DNA of 64,000 bases from Malacoraja senta (GCA_038087875.1 CM075988.1:17238001-17302000); one strand, 5' to 3'; shown: positions 40,528-54,290, numbered from the stretch's first letter. Notes: generated by a model from the letters alone, not told the origin. A program made the numbers and translations.

Positions 40528-41719
40528 GATCCAGAAATGCTCTGGAGTCAACGGTGCCGGAAAATCAGTGGTGGACCTGTACAATTGAAATGGGGTTTAT
40601 CACAGAAAATAAACTTTTTAATGTTTGTTTAACGATATTAATCTGGAGTCAGGGAGTGACCTAAATCACAGGTAGTTCTGTTACAGCCCCTGTTTCTAAA
40701 ATGCAAATAGGATAAAATGTGATTCATGTAGAAACAAGGAACTGCAGAAGGTACACAAAAATGCTGGAGAAACTCAGCGGATGCAGCAGCATCTATGGAG
40801 CGAAGGAAATAGGTAAAGTTTCGGGCCGAAACCCTTCTTCAGACTGATGCTGGTAAAGACACAAAAGGACACAAAGTGTTGAGTAACTCAGCAGGTCAGG
40901 CAGCATTGCTGGAAAACATAGATAAGTGATGTTTCTTAAGAAAGGTCTTGACCCAAAATGTCACATATCCATGTTCTCCAAAGATGCTGCCTGAACTGCT
41001 GAGTTACTTCAGCACTTGTTATCCATAACGTGATTGATGATACAGGGAACGCTATTTATATCAGGCGGGCCTAATTGGTAATAACGAGATTTCGATCGGG
41101 AACGAAAGAAAAAATACTTTGGAAATTGGTAAGCAGATAAAACCTGCCTTGTATTTATATAATGCCCGTAAAATGTTTTAAAAAATTAGAGATCAGTCAA
41201 AATTTGGCAGCTACTTCGATAGGTTTGTGCAACTGACAGAACTTGATCAAAGAGATACTGTTTAAAGAAGCGTAGAATCAAACAACACGGAAACAGGCTC
41301 TTCTGCCCAACTCGTCTATACCGACCAAGATGTCCCATCCAAGTTAGTCCCGTTTTCCAGCATTTGGCCCATATCTGAGCATCTGGAGTGTACCCATGCA
41401 GTCACAGGGAGAACTTGCAATCTCCACACAGACAACACCCGAGGTCAGGATCGAACCATGGTCTCTGGTGCAGTGAGGCAACAGCTCTACCAGCTGCACC
41501 AGTGTGCTGCCCCTGGTAGTGCAAAGGCAATTAGTTTTAGGCATGAGCTATGATTGAGGGAAAGCAGAGAGAACTTTCAAGGTTATAGGCTGCAGGGGAT
41601 AACGGGGAATAGTCTATGGTGGGACGGAGGAGGTGAGAATTATAAAATGAAGGCATGATGTGACTGAGACCTAATGAAGCCAGCAAGGATGGGGGTGCCA
41701 TAAGCAAAGGTTGGTACAT

Positions 41720-42027
41720 GGGCGGCACGGTGGAGCAGCGGTAGAGTTGCCACCTTACAGCGCCGAGACCCGGGCTCGATCCTGACTGCAGGTGCTGTCT
41801 GTACGGAGTTTGTACATTCTCCCTGTTGTCGCGTGGGTTTTTCCCGGGTGCTCCGGTTTCCTCCCACACTGCAAAGATGTACAGGTTTGTAGGTTAATTG
41901 GTTTTGGTAAAATTTGTAAATTGTCCCTAGTGTTGAGGATGGTGTTGATGTATGGGGATCGTTGGTCGGCGCGAAATCGGTGGGCTGAAGGGCCTGTTTC
42001 CGCGCTGTAGCTCTATACTAAATGTAA
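41720..42027 (+). mobile_element. Full-length HE1-like tRNA-derived V-SINE
   Basis: A box tggagcagcgg, B box ggctcgatcc, V-domain, HER1-type tail gggctgaagggcctgtttccgcgctgta. Confidence 0.85.
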
Positions 42028-42789
42028 AGGTGAGTGAGCAGCAGATTCTCCGTGCTTGTTGAGTGGGACACTGGCCAGCGGAGCTCTGGGTTCATCTGGA
42101 CGATTCCGGTCCTACCACTTATGAACATGAACTTATTATTAACATCTGGAACGTTGCAAGAAGAAGCAGATTTTGAAATGAAATGAATACAACAAATAAT
42201 TCAAACACAAAGCATCCCAACGGCATTACAAATGGAAGAGAGATTCAGGTAAATGAACTGTAGGCAAACAAATATATGCACCACTGGCCACAGAGTCAAC
42301 AATGATTACTTTCTAACTACAAACATTTGTCACCTTAATCAGCAAAAATTGCATCAATTCATCCCCGGTTAATCTGAGGCGTTATGGTTGGGAAGCAAAA
42401 TAGAATTCCACAATTGCTGTTCAGAATTACCCGCAGGAAATGAATGGTTTTCCCTGCACAGGGATGTCATATCTGTCCAATGCTGATCCCATAAGGATGA
42501 TTAATTTAATAGTTCTTTGGAAAATGGCACCATTTTTTTCAGCAAAACCTCAAGTTCTGGTGATGGAGGCATTTAGCGTTATAAGTGAATCCTATGAGCA
42601 TTGCTGTAATATATTGACCCTGCTGAATTTTGTTTGCAATGTGTGTTGCTAGGCCATTGCTCTCACTGCATCAGAGCAGCGGAGGATGGCAGATTTCCTT
42701 GCCTGAAAGATGCTAATGAATTTATGATACTCTTGATAGTTTAATCATACGTATTGTTAATACTTGCTTTGTTACAATTACCAAATTTA

Positions 42790-43085
42790 TTTAGTTTAGT
42801 TAAGCTTAGAGATATAGCATGGAAACAGGCTCTTCGACCCACCAAGTCCATGCCGACCATCGATCACCAATTCACACCAGTTCTATGTTAAGCCACTTAT
42901 GCATTCACTCCCTACATACTAGGGTCAATTCACAGAGGCCAATTAGCCTACAAACCAACACATTTTGGGGATATGGGAAGAAACCAGTGCATCTGGAGGA
43001 AACCCTCGCTGTCGCACGGAGTACATGCATACTCCACACAGACAGCACCCTTGGTCAGGATCAAACCTGGGTCTCCAAAGCTAGG
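42790..43085 (-). mobile_element. HE1-like SINE
   Basis: Reverse similarity to 41720-42027 with (TAAAC)-type tail. Confidence 0.75.
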
Positions 43086-43428
43086 TGATAGAATTCTACC
43101 ATTCTACCCAACCGGTAGAATGGATGAGGGTTTCAGGAGACAACAAGGCATTTATAAAGGTAGAACTAGACAGATCTTCTGGTAATTAAATTAAAAATGG
43201 TTTAACAAAAAATACTGAGCAGGTCATTTCAGCCTTCCAGTATCTGCAATTGTTTGATTTTTATTAAACATCGTGGTGGAGAGGTTCAGCTTCTCATTAG
43301 GACAGTGATGAGTTTACCACATAGGGATTAGGACCAATCTATTCTTGTGGTTATTATTTTGCCAAGCAGCCCTGGTGCCTCAGAGAGTTTAAGCAGTGTA
43401 ATTGACATTGATATTTAGGAGGGAGAGC

Positions 43429-43431
<3 letters not shown>

Positions 43432-43483
<52 letters not shown>

Positions 43484-43497
43484 AGAGACAGAGGGAC

Positions 43498-43529
<32 letters not shown>
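43432..43529. repeat. Compound (CA)n(GA)n microsatellite
   Basis: Seen directly in the sequence. Confidence 0.97.
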
Positions 43530-44069
43530 GGAGGAATCGCACATCTAGTGCTCAATGGCGATGCAGGTTCATGGGGAATGTGAGGACAGATGAAGGAATG
43601 TATGACGGGCGAAGCTTTAACCCTGTCTGAACACGAAGGAGGAGACAAAATAAAAACAATCAAAACTCCCTCGTTGTGACTTTTATGAAATAACTAAAAC
43701 CCCTTGTTGTGAGTAGAGGGCAAGCAAGCTCTTTGACGGTCATAGTGACTTGTATACAGTTGGGCGCAGTGCTTTTTTGTAGATGACTCTGAAATTAGGT
43801 TGCGTGAAATCTTCCTGTGAATGATAAATTTATTGGCTCTAGTCCCATTCCAGAGGTTGGAGCACAAAAAAATCGAATCTGTCACTGAGGAAGTTGTCCA
43901 TTGTTAATTGTGACTCAAGTTAATGTTATAAATGGTAGCAGTACTTTTTATGTGGACCAAAAGGTGGCCGTACACAAGTAACAATTCGCATGGCACTATT
44001 GGCTGCTGTACATCAATCTCATTTTGAACTTTTTAACGTATCGTCACATAAGAAGCACTGGATGGGAGT

Positions 44070-44600
44070 ATTTAAAGGAATTGCAGGCGCTGGTTTACAG
44101 AAAGAAAGACAAAGTGCTGAAGTAACTCAGCAGGTCAAGCAGCAACTCTGGAGAACATGTATGGGTGATGTTTTGTGTCGGGATCTTTCTTCAGACTGAT
44201 TGTAATTGGGGGGGGGGGGAGCTGAAAGAGAGTTTGGGCCGGGACAAAGCCAGGCAAGTGATAGGTGGAGAAACAAAGAACTGCAGATGCTACTTTATAC
44301 CAAAGATAGACACAAATTATTGGGGTAACTCAGCGGGTCAGGAGATGCTGCCTGACCCTCTGATATACTCCGGCACTTTGTGTCTATCTTAAGTGATAGG
44401 TGGACACAGGTGAAGGGGTGGGGGAGGCTGTTTAGCAGACGGGTAGATAGAGGCTAGAGGTGAAAAAGAGACAAAAGGGTGTAAGATAAAGAGTGAAGTG
44501 AAAAATGAAGCCAGAGGGAGGAATATAGTTGGAAGAGAACACTGGGAAGGAGATAGGCGGACAGGATGGTGGGAGAATTGGGTGCGCATCTGGGAATATT
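44070..44600 (-). mobile_element. Longer PLE 3' terminal fragment with a nested short family member (44270-44390)
   Basis: Nested insert flanked by perfect 14-bp aagtgataggtgga (44256-44269 and 44391-44404). Confidence 0.7.
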
Positions 44601-45639
44601 TTATTGATTGCTGCATGAATATGCAGGTAAAGAGCTGTTGAGGTGCCAGCTCAGCACATACCTGCCTTGCATCGTAAAAAAAATCTAATTACAAGTTGCT
44701 ACCCGGGAACAATACCTGAGAGTTTGATTGAGCTTGTCAGCAAACCTCTCTGAGCACCATCAATATGCATAATGCTGGTGCAGGGAATCAATCATGCTTT
44801 ATAAATGGAAGTACACTATCCCAGCTGTGTCATCACTAGATTTATTGAGTCGCTGTCTGCTACGGCAATGAAGGGTAAATTGCAGTGAATGAAGCATTTT
44901 AATTTGTGACAAAACGTTCCTCACCTCACCTTGGATAACCCTGCGGCAACTTGAGCTGTCGGTTGTCGGGTTCAGACTTCACTCCCGACAAAAAGCAAAC
45001 TGCTGAATAGCAAAGGTGTAGAGGGGAACGGGCCGAATGCGGGCGAATGGGACGAGCTTAGGTGGGGCATCATGGACGAATTGGGCTGAAGGGCCTGTGT
45101 CCGTGCTGTGTGACCCTGCGACTCGCAGACTCTCTGCTGAAGAAACTCAGCGGGTCAGGCAGCATCTGTGGAGGGAAATGGGCAGACGACGTTTCAAGTC
45201 AAGACCTTTCTTCAGACTGAAACCCCAACCCGAAACTTCTATCCACTTGCTCCATACATGTTGCCTGAACTGCTGAGTTCCTCCAGCATTTTGTGTTTTC
45301 TTTCTCTCAGCACATTATCTGGGGGGGGGGGGGGGTGTCTTCAGTGAAGGAGGTGCCATCTTGCAGATGAACCTGTGCCTTCCAAAAAGGCTTGATGAGC
45401 CAGTTAACATGAGCCAGTTTGTGATGGCCAATAACTGTGGCCCAGTCAGTGATACCTAACATGTGTAAGTAAGTAAGTTTATTGGCCAAGTATTCACATA
45501 CAAGGAATTTGCCTTGGTGCTCCGCCCACAAGTAACAACATGACATACAGTGACAGTTACGAATGACTCCGAAAACACTAAGCATTAATAATAATAAAAC
45601 ATTAATGATACGGAACACGGAATAAATGAACACGGAACA

Positions 45640-46290
45640 TAAAATGGAACAACACAGGAACAGGACCCTTAGGATGTCAATGTCTGTGACGAATATGATG
45701 CCAAGACCAACTCTTAACTGCTTGGACATAATCCACAGCCCCCCATTCCCTGCATATCCATATGCCTATCCAAAAGCCTCTTTTAAATGCTACCATCGTA
45801 TCCGTCTCAACCACCATCCCTGGCAGCGTGTTCCAGGCACCCACTACTGTCTGTGTAAAAAGCAAACTTCCCCCACACATCTTTGTTCCTCTCGCCTTAA
45901 AGCTACGTCCTCTAGTATTTGATATTTCCATCCTGGGAGGAAGGTTCCGACTGTCTACCCAACCTATGCCTCTCATAAGTTAATACACCTCTATCAGTTC
46001 TCCTCACAACCTCTGGTCCAAGTCTGTCCAACTTCTCCATGTCGCTAAAACCCTCTAATCCAGGGAGCATTCTGATAAACCTCCTCTGTACCCTTTCCAA
46101 AGCCTCCTCATCCTTTCTGTAGCGGGGCGACCTGAACTGCATGCAATACTTAAAATGCGACCTACCCATAGTCCTATAAAGCTGCATCATGACTTCCTGA
46201 CTCTTGTATTCAATGCCTCAACCAATGAAGGCAAACATACCATATTCCATGCTTACCACTCTATCTATTAGTGTTGCCACTTTCAGATAG
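45640..46290 (-). mobile_element. CR1/HER1 3' fragment
   Basis: MMQLYRTM...ALERVQRRFIRMLPG; VVGAWNTLPG. Confidence 0.85.
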
Positions 46291-46941
46291 TTATGGACAT
46301 AAGTATGTTTGTAAAATGTCAATGAAAACCCTATTATAATAGTGTTAAACTGCCACAGGGTTTGATGTAGGGCTGCAGAAAATTCCCATTTTATCCTACC
46401 CAACGTCAATCCCTCATTCATAAATATGTTCACTGCAGATTTATCACTCACTGAGCAATCCCATTGTGCATGGTTGCTTCTACGTTTCCCTGTGAAAATG
46501 CACCTCGAAAGAATTTCACCTAATTAATTTTTTACTTTTTCTCATCAGTTACACAACATGACACTTCATTCTCCAGTCAATGAATGCCAATAACACTGCC
46601 GATCGCAACGCCCCAGAGATTCATCCTCACTTCATAGTTTTAGCTTATTATTGTCACGTGCACCGAGGTCCAGCAAAAAGCTTTGTTCTGTGCGTGCCAT
46701 CTAGCCTTTTCTGTGAATGGATAGCAGGCAAACAGAAAGCCTTCCACTGTACCTCGGTGCACGTGACAGTAATAAGCTCAACCATTCTGCGAGGATGAAT
46801 TTTTGAGCATTTTATGGTTTTTATGGATCTGCAAGTTGGTCAAAGGCACTGGATTTAAGGAAAGAAACTAGTATTTCTGTAGCACCTTTTATGACTTCAG
46901 CATATGTTTTGCAACAAGAGAAGTGCGGCCATTGATGCTTA

Positions 46942-47202
46942 ATTTAGTTTATCGTCACGTGTACCGAGGTGTGGTGAAAAGCTTTTATTGCGTGCTAACC
47001 AGTCAGCAGAAAGACAATACATGATTACAATCGATCCATTTACAGTGTATAGATACATGATAAGGGAATAACGTTTAGTGCAAGGTAAAGCTAGCAAAGT
47101 CCGATCAAGGATAGTCCGAGGGTCATTAAAGAGTAGTTCAGCACTGCTCTCTGGTTGTGGTAGGATGATTCAGTTGCCTGATAACAGCTGGGAAGAAACT
47201 GA
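46942..47202 (-). mobile_element. Rex-Babar 3' end
   Basis: SFFPAVIRQLN remnant; UTR ...cctcggtacacgtgacgataaaactaaa. Confidence 0.7.
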
Positions 47203-47834
47203 TGTAATGTAAGAAACAGAGCATTGAAAAAGTGCACAGCAAAATGCAACAAACAACAATGTGAAAATATTGGACAAGTCTCCAGGGATCACTCCTCTAC
47301 TCTTCAAAGCAGTGCGATGGAATCTTTAACATCTACCTGAGATACAGTTGACAATGTATAACTTCCTCAGTGACATTAGATCTTTTCACACTCCAATTTC
47401 TGCACTAGGACTTGAGCCAATACATTTATAATTCAAAGGATGATTCCAGACAACTTAATCTCACTGTCATTGAAATCTAGAGTCTTAATCAAGCTTGCAG
47501 TGCAGCCGTTTGCTCTGATATGACAGAAACTGGAGTAAACATAACAAAAAAAGGGAGAAGAACGTTAATCCTTCTCCATAATTAGAATAAAACTATTCAT
47601 TGAAATTCAAACCTGGTAATCCCCTCAAGGAAACTTAGATAAAGTGGTTAGACCTGAAAATGTCCACGTAGCATTGGAAATTGGGTAAATGTAGATGAGA
47701 CAAATGTTTTAAGATGAATTTATTTTTCTTCATATCCTCCTTGCTTTCATCTTGTCTCTGTTCTTTTGTTGTATAGTGACTATCGCTGGTCCGGAGAACC
47801 TGCCCCCCTAGTGCCTGACACTGGTAGGAATGAA

Positions 47835-48185
47835 GTCATAGAGTCATTCAGCGTTGAACAGGCCCTTTGGCCCAACTTGCGATAGTCCCTGCCTCAACTA
47901 CCTCCTCCGGCTGCACATTCCATACACCAACCACTCTTTCTGTGAAAAAGTTACCCCTCAGGTTCCTATTAAATATTTTTCCCTTCACCTTAAACCTATG
48001 TCTTTTGGTTCTCGATTCCCCCACTCTGGGCAAGAGACTCAGGGCGTTTACCCAATCTATTCCTCTCATGATTATATACACTTCTGTAAGATCACCCCTC
48101 ATCCACCTGCGCTCCAAGGAAAGGAGTCCCAGCCTGTTCAACCTCTCCCTAAAGCTCAGACCCTCGCTTGGCAACATCCTCGTGA
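47835..48185 (-). mobile_element. HER1/CR1 3' fragment
   Basis: LSFRERLNRLGLLSLERRWMRGDLTEVY. Confidence 0.85.
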
Positions 48186-50087
48186 TTGCACAACTGTGCC
48201 CATGCATGCTACCATGTGTGTGGAGGGCACGCAATACAAGGTTTCTAACTGTAAGTCGCTACACGTGATAATAATAAACTAATAGTTTAACTTGGTCAAT
48301 GCCAATGGTCAACATATACATTTCCTCTGTTTCTGAAACCAAAACTGACCATTTCCAAATCTTACCTGATTTTAGCAAAGCTCAAACCAAGACTGATCTA
48401 TGGGTGAACCAGGCCACAATAATAGTCATACAAGTTGGATGTACTTCGGTTACGAAGCAAGGGAAAAAACCTGATAGCCTCTGTGACCATCACTGGCTTC
48501 TAACGGGATGTTCTAGTCTAGTCGAGTGCTCTAGTTGGGTCGTCAGAACCTGGCAACTCTCGAATATAGCTGTTTGTATGCATTGTGTCTTAACCAGGCT
48601 TGTACTTATGCATGGCAATAATCATACTGATCTGTATTCAACAAAGAATCTCACTGTCCCTTGGTACAAGTGATAATAAAGGAAACATTGAACCATATGT
48701 TCTCAGTCGATCAACATCCAACAAAGTCCATGTGCAGAATAACAGTCAAATACACAGGGAACTCAAAGTAAGTTGTTGTGTCCTCTTAATTCAAGAGTTC
48801 CTCATGGACTGCCCAGATATCATTAGTCTCGAAACACAATCCTTGAAAAGAAATGTAACTGTTTTAAGGCAACAATTATTGTTCCCACAACTGATATTAC
48901 AGGTTCTACAGTTCCCTGTTAAACAATGGCATGATTTTACCAAGCCCAGTGATTTTTTTAAATCCGTATTTCTGTAATCCTCGGTAGCCCTTCAATCCAC
49001 TAGTTATCTGTGCACCCAAATGTACCCCACCGCCAAATGTAACGGGTAACAAGCCCTGGAAATTCTCACCCTGAGCATCTTTGCTTTTTTCCTCCTTGAG
49101 GATGCTTCCTAAAACCCAATAACCCAAACTTCTGGTCGTCTTGTCTAACATCTGCCTTTGCATCTCAGCATCAATTTGCTTTTTGCTTGGGAATGCTCCA
49201 GTGGCATGTTTTTGGATTTTTGCTGTCTGAAAGGTGATGTATGAATGGAAGCGGATGTTGCAGACATTTTAACCTGGGTTTTCAGAAAAGGTGGGTAGGG
49301 AATGAGGAGGCAGAAATGTCATGCAGTTTGGGGAGGAAAAAGAGGATATGAAATGGGTGTTGATTTGCAGCATTAATGACGGAGTTAAGAGTTTATTTTT
49401 GCGTGGGGCTGATGACAAAGGAAAATCTGAAAAAGGGCAGTACATGAAGAGAAGGCCCGATTTTTAATATCATTTTACACAATTTCTCTCGATACTGCTG
49501 CTTAAACTGCCAAATGTTTCCATCATTTTCTGTTTTCACTTTAACTAAAGCAAGTCAGTATGGGGGTACGAGGATTGAAGGGGAGGAATGTGAAGGGAAA
49601 TTCCCCTTTGCAGCATATCATACGATATGGATATCTTTCACCAGCTCCAGACTTCCTGCGCTGATTCATAATAAGTGTCTTAGTTCAGTGCAGCCACTGC
49701 TGTAACATTGGAATCCCTGCAGACATCAGCCATGCAGCAATGACCCTGCAAATAGCAATCTAGTACCATTCCCTGAAGGATGAAGATTTGTTCCGGGCAT
49801 TTGGGTATCATTGTTTATTCCACAAAATTATTTATCTTCCTCACTCCTCATCTGTCCATTTACAAGCAGTTTATTTTACAATAGTTGTAATCATTTTTAA
49901 TTTAACATTTATCTATTTGCAGTTTCCAATCTAGCTGTGTAAAAAGGGAAAGGAAATATCACCCTGTCTCGTAACCTTAATTAATTTGCTGAGGGGTTGA
50001 GTTTGCTGTGTGCTGCACAGAATTCAGATGAAGGACATGATTCTGTTTTACATATTTAATGAAAGCCAAGAAACCAATGCAATGACG

Positions 50088-50332
50088 ATGGACACAAAAT
50101 GCTGGAGTAACTCAGCGGAACAGGCAGTATCTCTCTCGAGAGAGAGAGAGAAGGAATGGGTGGCTTTTTGGGTCGAGACCCTTCTTCAGACTGGCTCAGT
50201 CTGAGGAAGGGTCTCGACCTGAAACGTCACTCATTCCTTCTCTCCAAAAATGCTGTCTGTCCCGCTGAGTTACGCCAGCATTTTGTGTCTATCTTCTGCT
50301 TAAACCAGCATCTGCAGTTCCTTCCCACACAT
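50088..50332. mobile_element. PLE-terminus-derived inverted pair with back-to-back hammerhead cores
   Basis: Minus-strand degenerate core at 50160-50192; plus-strand core CTGAGGA(50201)...GAAACGTC(50228) with agt/act stem I. Confidence 0.75.
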
Positions 50333-50939
50333 CTAATGCATTGAGCTGCCTATATGGGGACAATGGGAATGCCAATAGCATGGGTCAGTGACAGCTTTCG
50401 ACACTCTTGATGGCGTAAAAGGACCCCATTTAGCTGCCCAAACTGTCACGGTTGACAGCATGAAAAGCCCCCATGTAGTTGCCTGTGCATTATGCCTGGC
50501 GGCAATGATGCCACAACTGACAGCGAGGAAATTACCTGTCTAGCTGTCTACCTCGCTTGACAAGGTGAAAGTAACCGATTTAGTTTCTCTGGTGGAATCT
50601 TAGAACATAATACATTGCTGGAATTATTTTATTAATAAGAATATATATCAAGTCAGGTTGCTTTTTTACAGATTGTGAGTGAGTGATGGAGACAGATTTT
50701 TTCATCTGAGACCGATAGGTGAGCAATTATTTTTTTTGGCCAGAACTGAAGAATAGTGATGATGGGTTGCTGTCGGATTCAGCGTTGAGCACTCAGGCAG
50801 GGAGTGACTAAGCTGCACAGTGGCGAAGGGGCAGATCCCATCTCCATGGAGTGGACTAAGTTTGACTGCTTAAGTCTGATCCCTTAAAGGCTCTCACTTT
50901 TGAGGCTGCAAAATCCAAGAGTGGGGGCTAATCGCGCTA

Positions 50940-51222
50940 GACATCAGAAATGCAGCGCAGAAACAGGCACTTTCGACCAACCGAGTCTGCGCTGACCAGC
51001 GATCACCCCATACACTAACACTATCCCACACACTTTCGACAATTTACAATTTTTACCGAAGCAAATTCACCCACAAACCTGTATGTCTTTGGAGTGTGGG
51101 AGGAAACCGGAGCACCCGGAGAAAACCCACACAGTCACAGGGAGAATGTACAAACTCTGTACAGACAGCACCCATAGTCTGGATCGAACTTGAGCCTCTA
51201 GCGCTGTAAGGCAGCAACTCTA
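50940..51222 (-). mobile_element. HE1-like SINE
   Basis: Reverse similarity to the 41720 copy. Confidence 0.8.
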
Positions 51223-51340
51223 ACACGTTGAGAGGAGACTACATTGTGAGCACCACTGCTTCACCTGGTCCCTGGATGGTGGGAAGGGAAGAGGTGAAAG
51301 GACAGGTGTTGCATCTTCTACGCTTGAAGGGGAAAATAGG
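51222..51340 (-). mobile_element. Penelope-like element RT-endonuclease linker relic
   Basis: Reverse strand reads FPFKRRRCNTCPFTSSLPTIQGP, like the Cys-rich linker preceding the GIY-YIG domain. Confidence 0.6.
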
Positions 51341-52427
51341 TTGGAACACGTTAGCTTGTCTGTCCTGCAGGTAGCTGCTCAGACACGTCACTGCCCACGT
51401 TGCACCTTCTAAGTGCTACGTTAATCCTTTCACACTTCTGCGTTCACTTCCTGACTTCGAACCTCATTGTGTCTGTCAGCCATTTTCAGAGGAGAACTCA
51501 GAGACCAGTAGGGGGTTAGAATCAACCAGAAGATGAATAAAAGGGGAAATCTGCATTCTTAAAGGACTGAGGTGACTGATAAACTCAAGGGAAAGGTCGA
51601 TCAAGAAGGAGGGAGGGAATGGAAGTTATGTTAAGAAATTGAAATGAATGCTAGAGGGAGACACAAAGTGCTGGGGCAACTCAGTGGGTCAGGCAGCATC
51701 TCTGGAAAAAAAAGGACAGGCAATGTTTCGGGTCGGGACCCATCTTCAGACGCCGAAGAGGTGTCCCGACCCCAAACGTCACCCGTCCTTTTTCTCCAGA
51801 GAAGCTGCCTGACCCGCTGAGTTACTCCAGCACTTTGTGTCTATCTTTAGTATATACCAGCATCTGAAGTTCCATTCTACACATAGTTAAACACTAGGAT
51901 GGACCAGTTTATAAGAACAGCCTGTGATTTTGTAGTAAATATTATTTGTTCTCTGTCACCTTATCCTGGTTACTATTGGCTGCCAACTACTTTCAAGGTG
52001 TACACATCCTGAGCCTTCTACTTCCAAAGTGGTTCATTAGTAATCCTAACTATCTATGTTGTCATCTGAAATAAATTCAATTACAGTTTAGTAATCACTA
52101 CCAAGCATGAATTATCCGTGTTACTTCCAGACAAGTTAATTGTGATGACTAGAGGAAACAGCTGTTATGAAAAATGCTTCCAAATTTTTGATCTCATCAT
52201 TGAAGTTATTTTGTGGAGCCCTGATTAGTTTTTGACTTAATCAACAAGAAAATGTGCTCTTGTAAAAACAACCTGAGGCTTGGCTGCTCTGGGGGTTGGT
52301 GTTCTGTTGAACTGTACTGGCACTGGGGATGATCTCAGATGATTTCCAAAAGAGATATAAGAAGGAAGCTATATTTATGTGGTGGCTGTTGCTATCTCAA
52401 GATGCTTCTGGTGTTTCATTCAATGTT

Positions 52428-52853
52428 TCGGCTCGGCTTGTACTCGCTAGAATTTAGAAGATTGAGGGGGGATCTTATAGAAACTTACAAAATTCTTAAG
52501 GGGTTGGACAGGCTAGATGCAGGAAGATTATTCCCGATGTTGGGGAAGTCCAGAACAAGGGGTCACAGTTTAAGGATAAGGGGGAAGTCCTTTAGGACCG
52601 AGATGAGAAAATCATTTTTTACACAGAGTGTGGTGAATCTGTGGAATTCTCTGCCACAGAAGGTAGTTGAGGCCAGTTCATTGGCTATATTTAAGAGGGA
52701 GTTAGATGTGGCCCTTGTGGCTAAAGGGATCAGGGGGTATGGAGAGAAGGCAGGTACAGGATACTGAGTTGGATGATCAGCCATGATCATATTGAATGGT
52801 GGTGCAGGCTCGAATGGCCTACTCCTTTACCTATTTTCTATGTTTCTATGTTT
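52428..52853 (+). mobile_element. Young CR1 3' fragment, same subfamily as 998-4833
   Basis: Nearly identical to 4408-4833. Confidence 0.92.
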
Positions 52854-53289
52854 CAATTATACTTTATTGTCACCTAGGTACAGTGACATGTTTTGCATAC
52901 AACACACAAAGAGCACAGACAAAGTTACAAAAGTACTTATTAGAGTCCCAGTAGTCCCCCTTTCTTCTTGGCGGTCCCCCAGTTGGGTCCCTCTTTGTTC
53001 CCAGTTAGAGCCACATAACTAGCTAAGTGTTGCAATGGATAATTGTGTGTACAGCAAGCTCCCATGAAATGGAAAACTGATTCAGTACTTAATTTATTAC
53101 TGATTTAGTACTGTTGGCTTCATCCATAAATATTGGTTTATATACTTGGGAGAAATCCTGTGCTCTTATTTGAATAGTCAAGAATCTTTAAATTCTTTAA
53201 AACTTTTGTTGCTACACTGGGAATGTCTGCAGGCACAAAATTCTGGAGGGTTCCCACAACTTTCAGTCATAGTATGTGGCACACTGACT

Positions 53290-53590
53290 CTTATAAGATT
53301 GTGGGTTCCAAGACGGAGATCTGAGCACAAATACCTAACCTCCAATGCAGTACGGGAGGAATGCTACACTTCAGACTGAGATGTTAAAGCTATCTCCCAC
53401 CTGCAACATGCAAGTAAAAGGTCCATCCCATTGCTACTTTGAACAGTGAGAAAGTTATCCCTTGTGTCCTGACCAACAGTTCATCCACACACAACAGTGT
53501 GTAGCAACCTTTGTGCACATATGTGTAGCTAGATTTCCTACATTACAGCAGTAACCATACCAGGACTACTTGGAGAGGCGAGATTGGAGA
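53290..53590 (+). mobile_element. Ancient DeuSINE (SacSINE1/AmnSINE1-like)
   Basis: Deu-domain-like run cagtacgggagg...gagatgttaaa...gtaaaaggtcc...tgtcctgaccaac; other decayed copies near 11390-11800, 12340-12480, 19040-19560, 25100-25260, 30285-30430 and 47200-47350. Confidence 0.55.
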
Positions 53591-53744
53591 TGCTGGAATT
53601 CTAAACAAGAAAAGACAATTGAGTGAACTCAGTGGGCCCATTTCCCACCACAGATGTTGCCTGACCCGCTGAGTTCCTCCACTTGGTCAAGGCTATAACG
53701 TTGGTCAACGTGAAAGGCACGGCAGAAATGCAATTCTTTCATTT

Positions 53745-54290
53745 CTTTTTTTTGTTTTTTGTTTTTTTAATTTATATTTTTACACTAGAAAAGGGAAAGG
53801 GTGAGATTGAGAGAAAGAAGAAGAAAGTGAAGGAAAAAGTGAAAGTGTAGAAAATGTGACAACAAGAAAGAACGAAGACCCTATAAGAACAAAATTAAAA
53901 ACAAAAGAAAAAGAGTTAAGAAATAGACCCTAGAAAAGAAAGAGAAAGAGAAAGAGGGAAAAGAGAAAAACAAATAGTTTTTATGAGCATTACGCAAATG
54001 GGACATACCAACTCTCCAACTTTCATCCCCCCTTACCTGACCTCAGGTTTTTTTTTAAGTACCTTTGCACCCTATTTTTGTAATAATTCTATAAATACAG
54101 ACTACGTCAGGTGGAAGTGATCTGGTTTACCTGCCAGGAGGAGTCTTATCTCTTCTAGGTGTAATGTTTCGAACATATTTGAGATCCACATGTTTATAGT
54201 TGGTATTGGAGCCTTCTTCCAAAATTTTAGGATTAGCTTTTTTCCGGTTATTAACCCATAGTCTATTAGTTTCTTTTGAAACACATTTCT
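53745..54290 (-). mobile_element. L1-clade LINE 3' end
   Basis: KKLILKFWKKAPIPTINMWISNMFETLHLEEIR is a typical fish-L1 ORF2 C-terminus; poly-A tail seen as poly-T at ~53745-53768. Confidence 0.75.

Noticed and set aside
41720..41790. tRNA gene
   Set aside because: The tRNA-like head continues into a V-SINE body and LINE-derived tail; it is a SINE.
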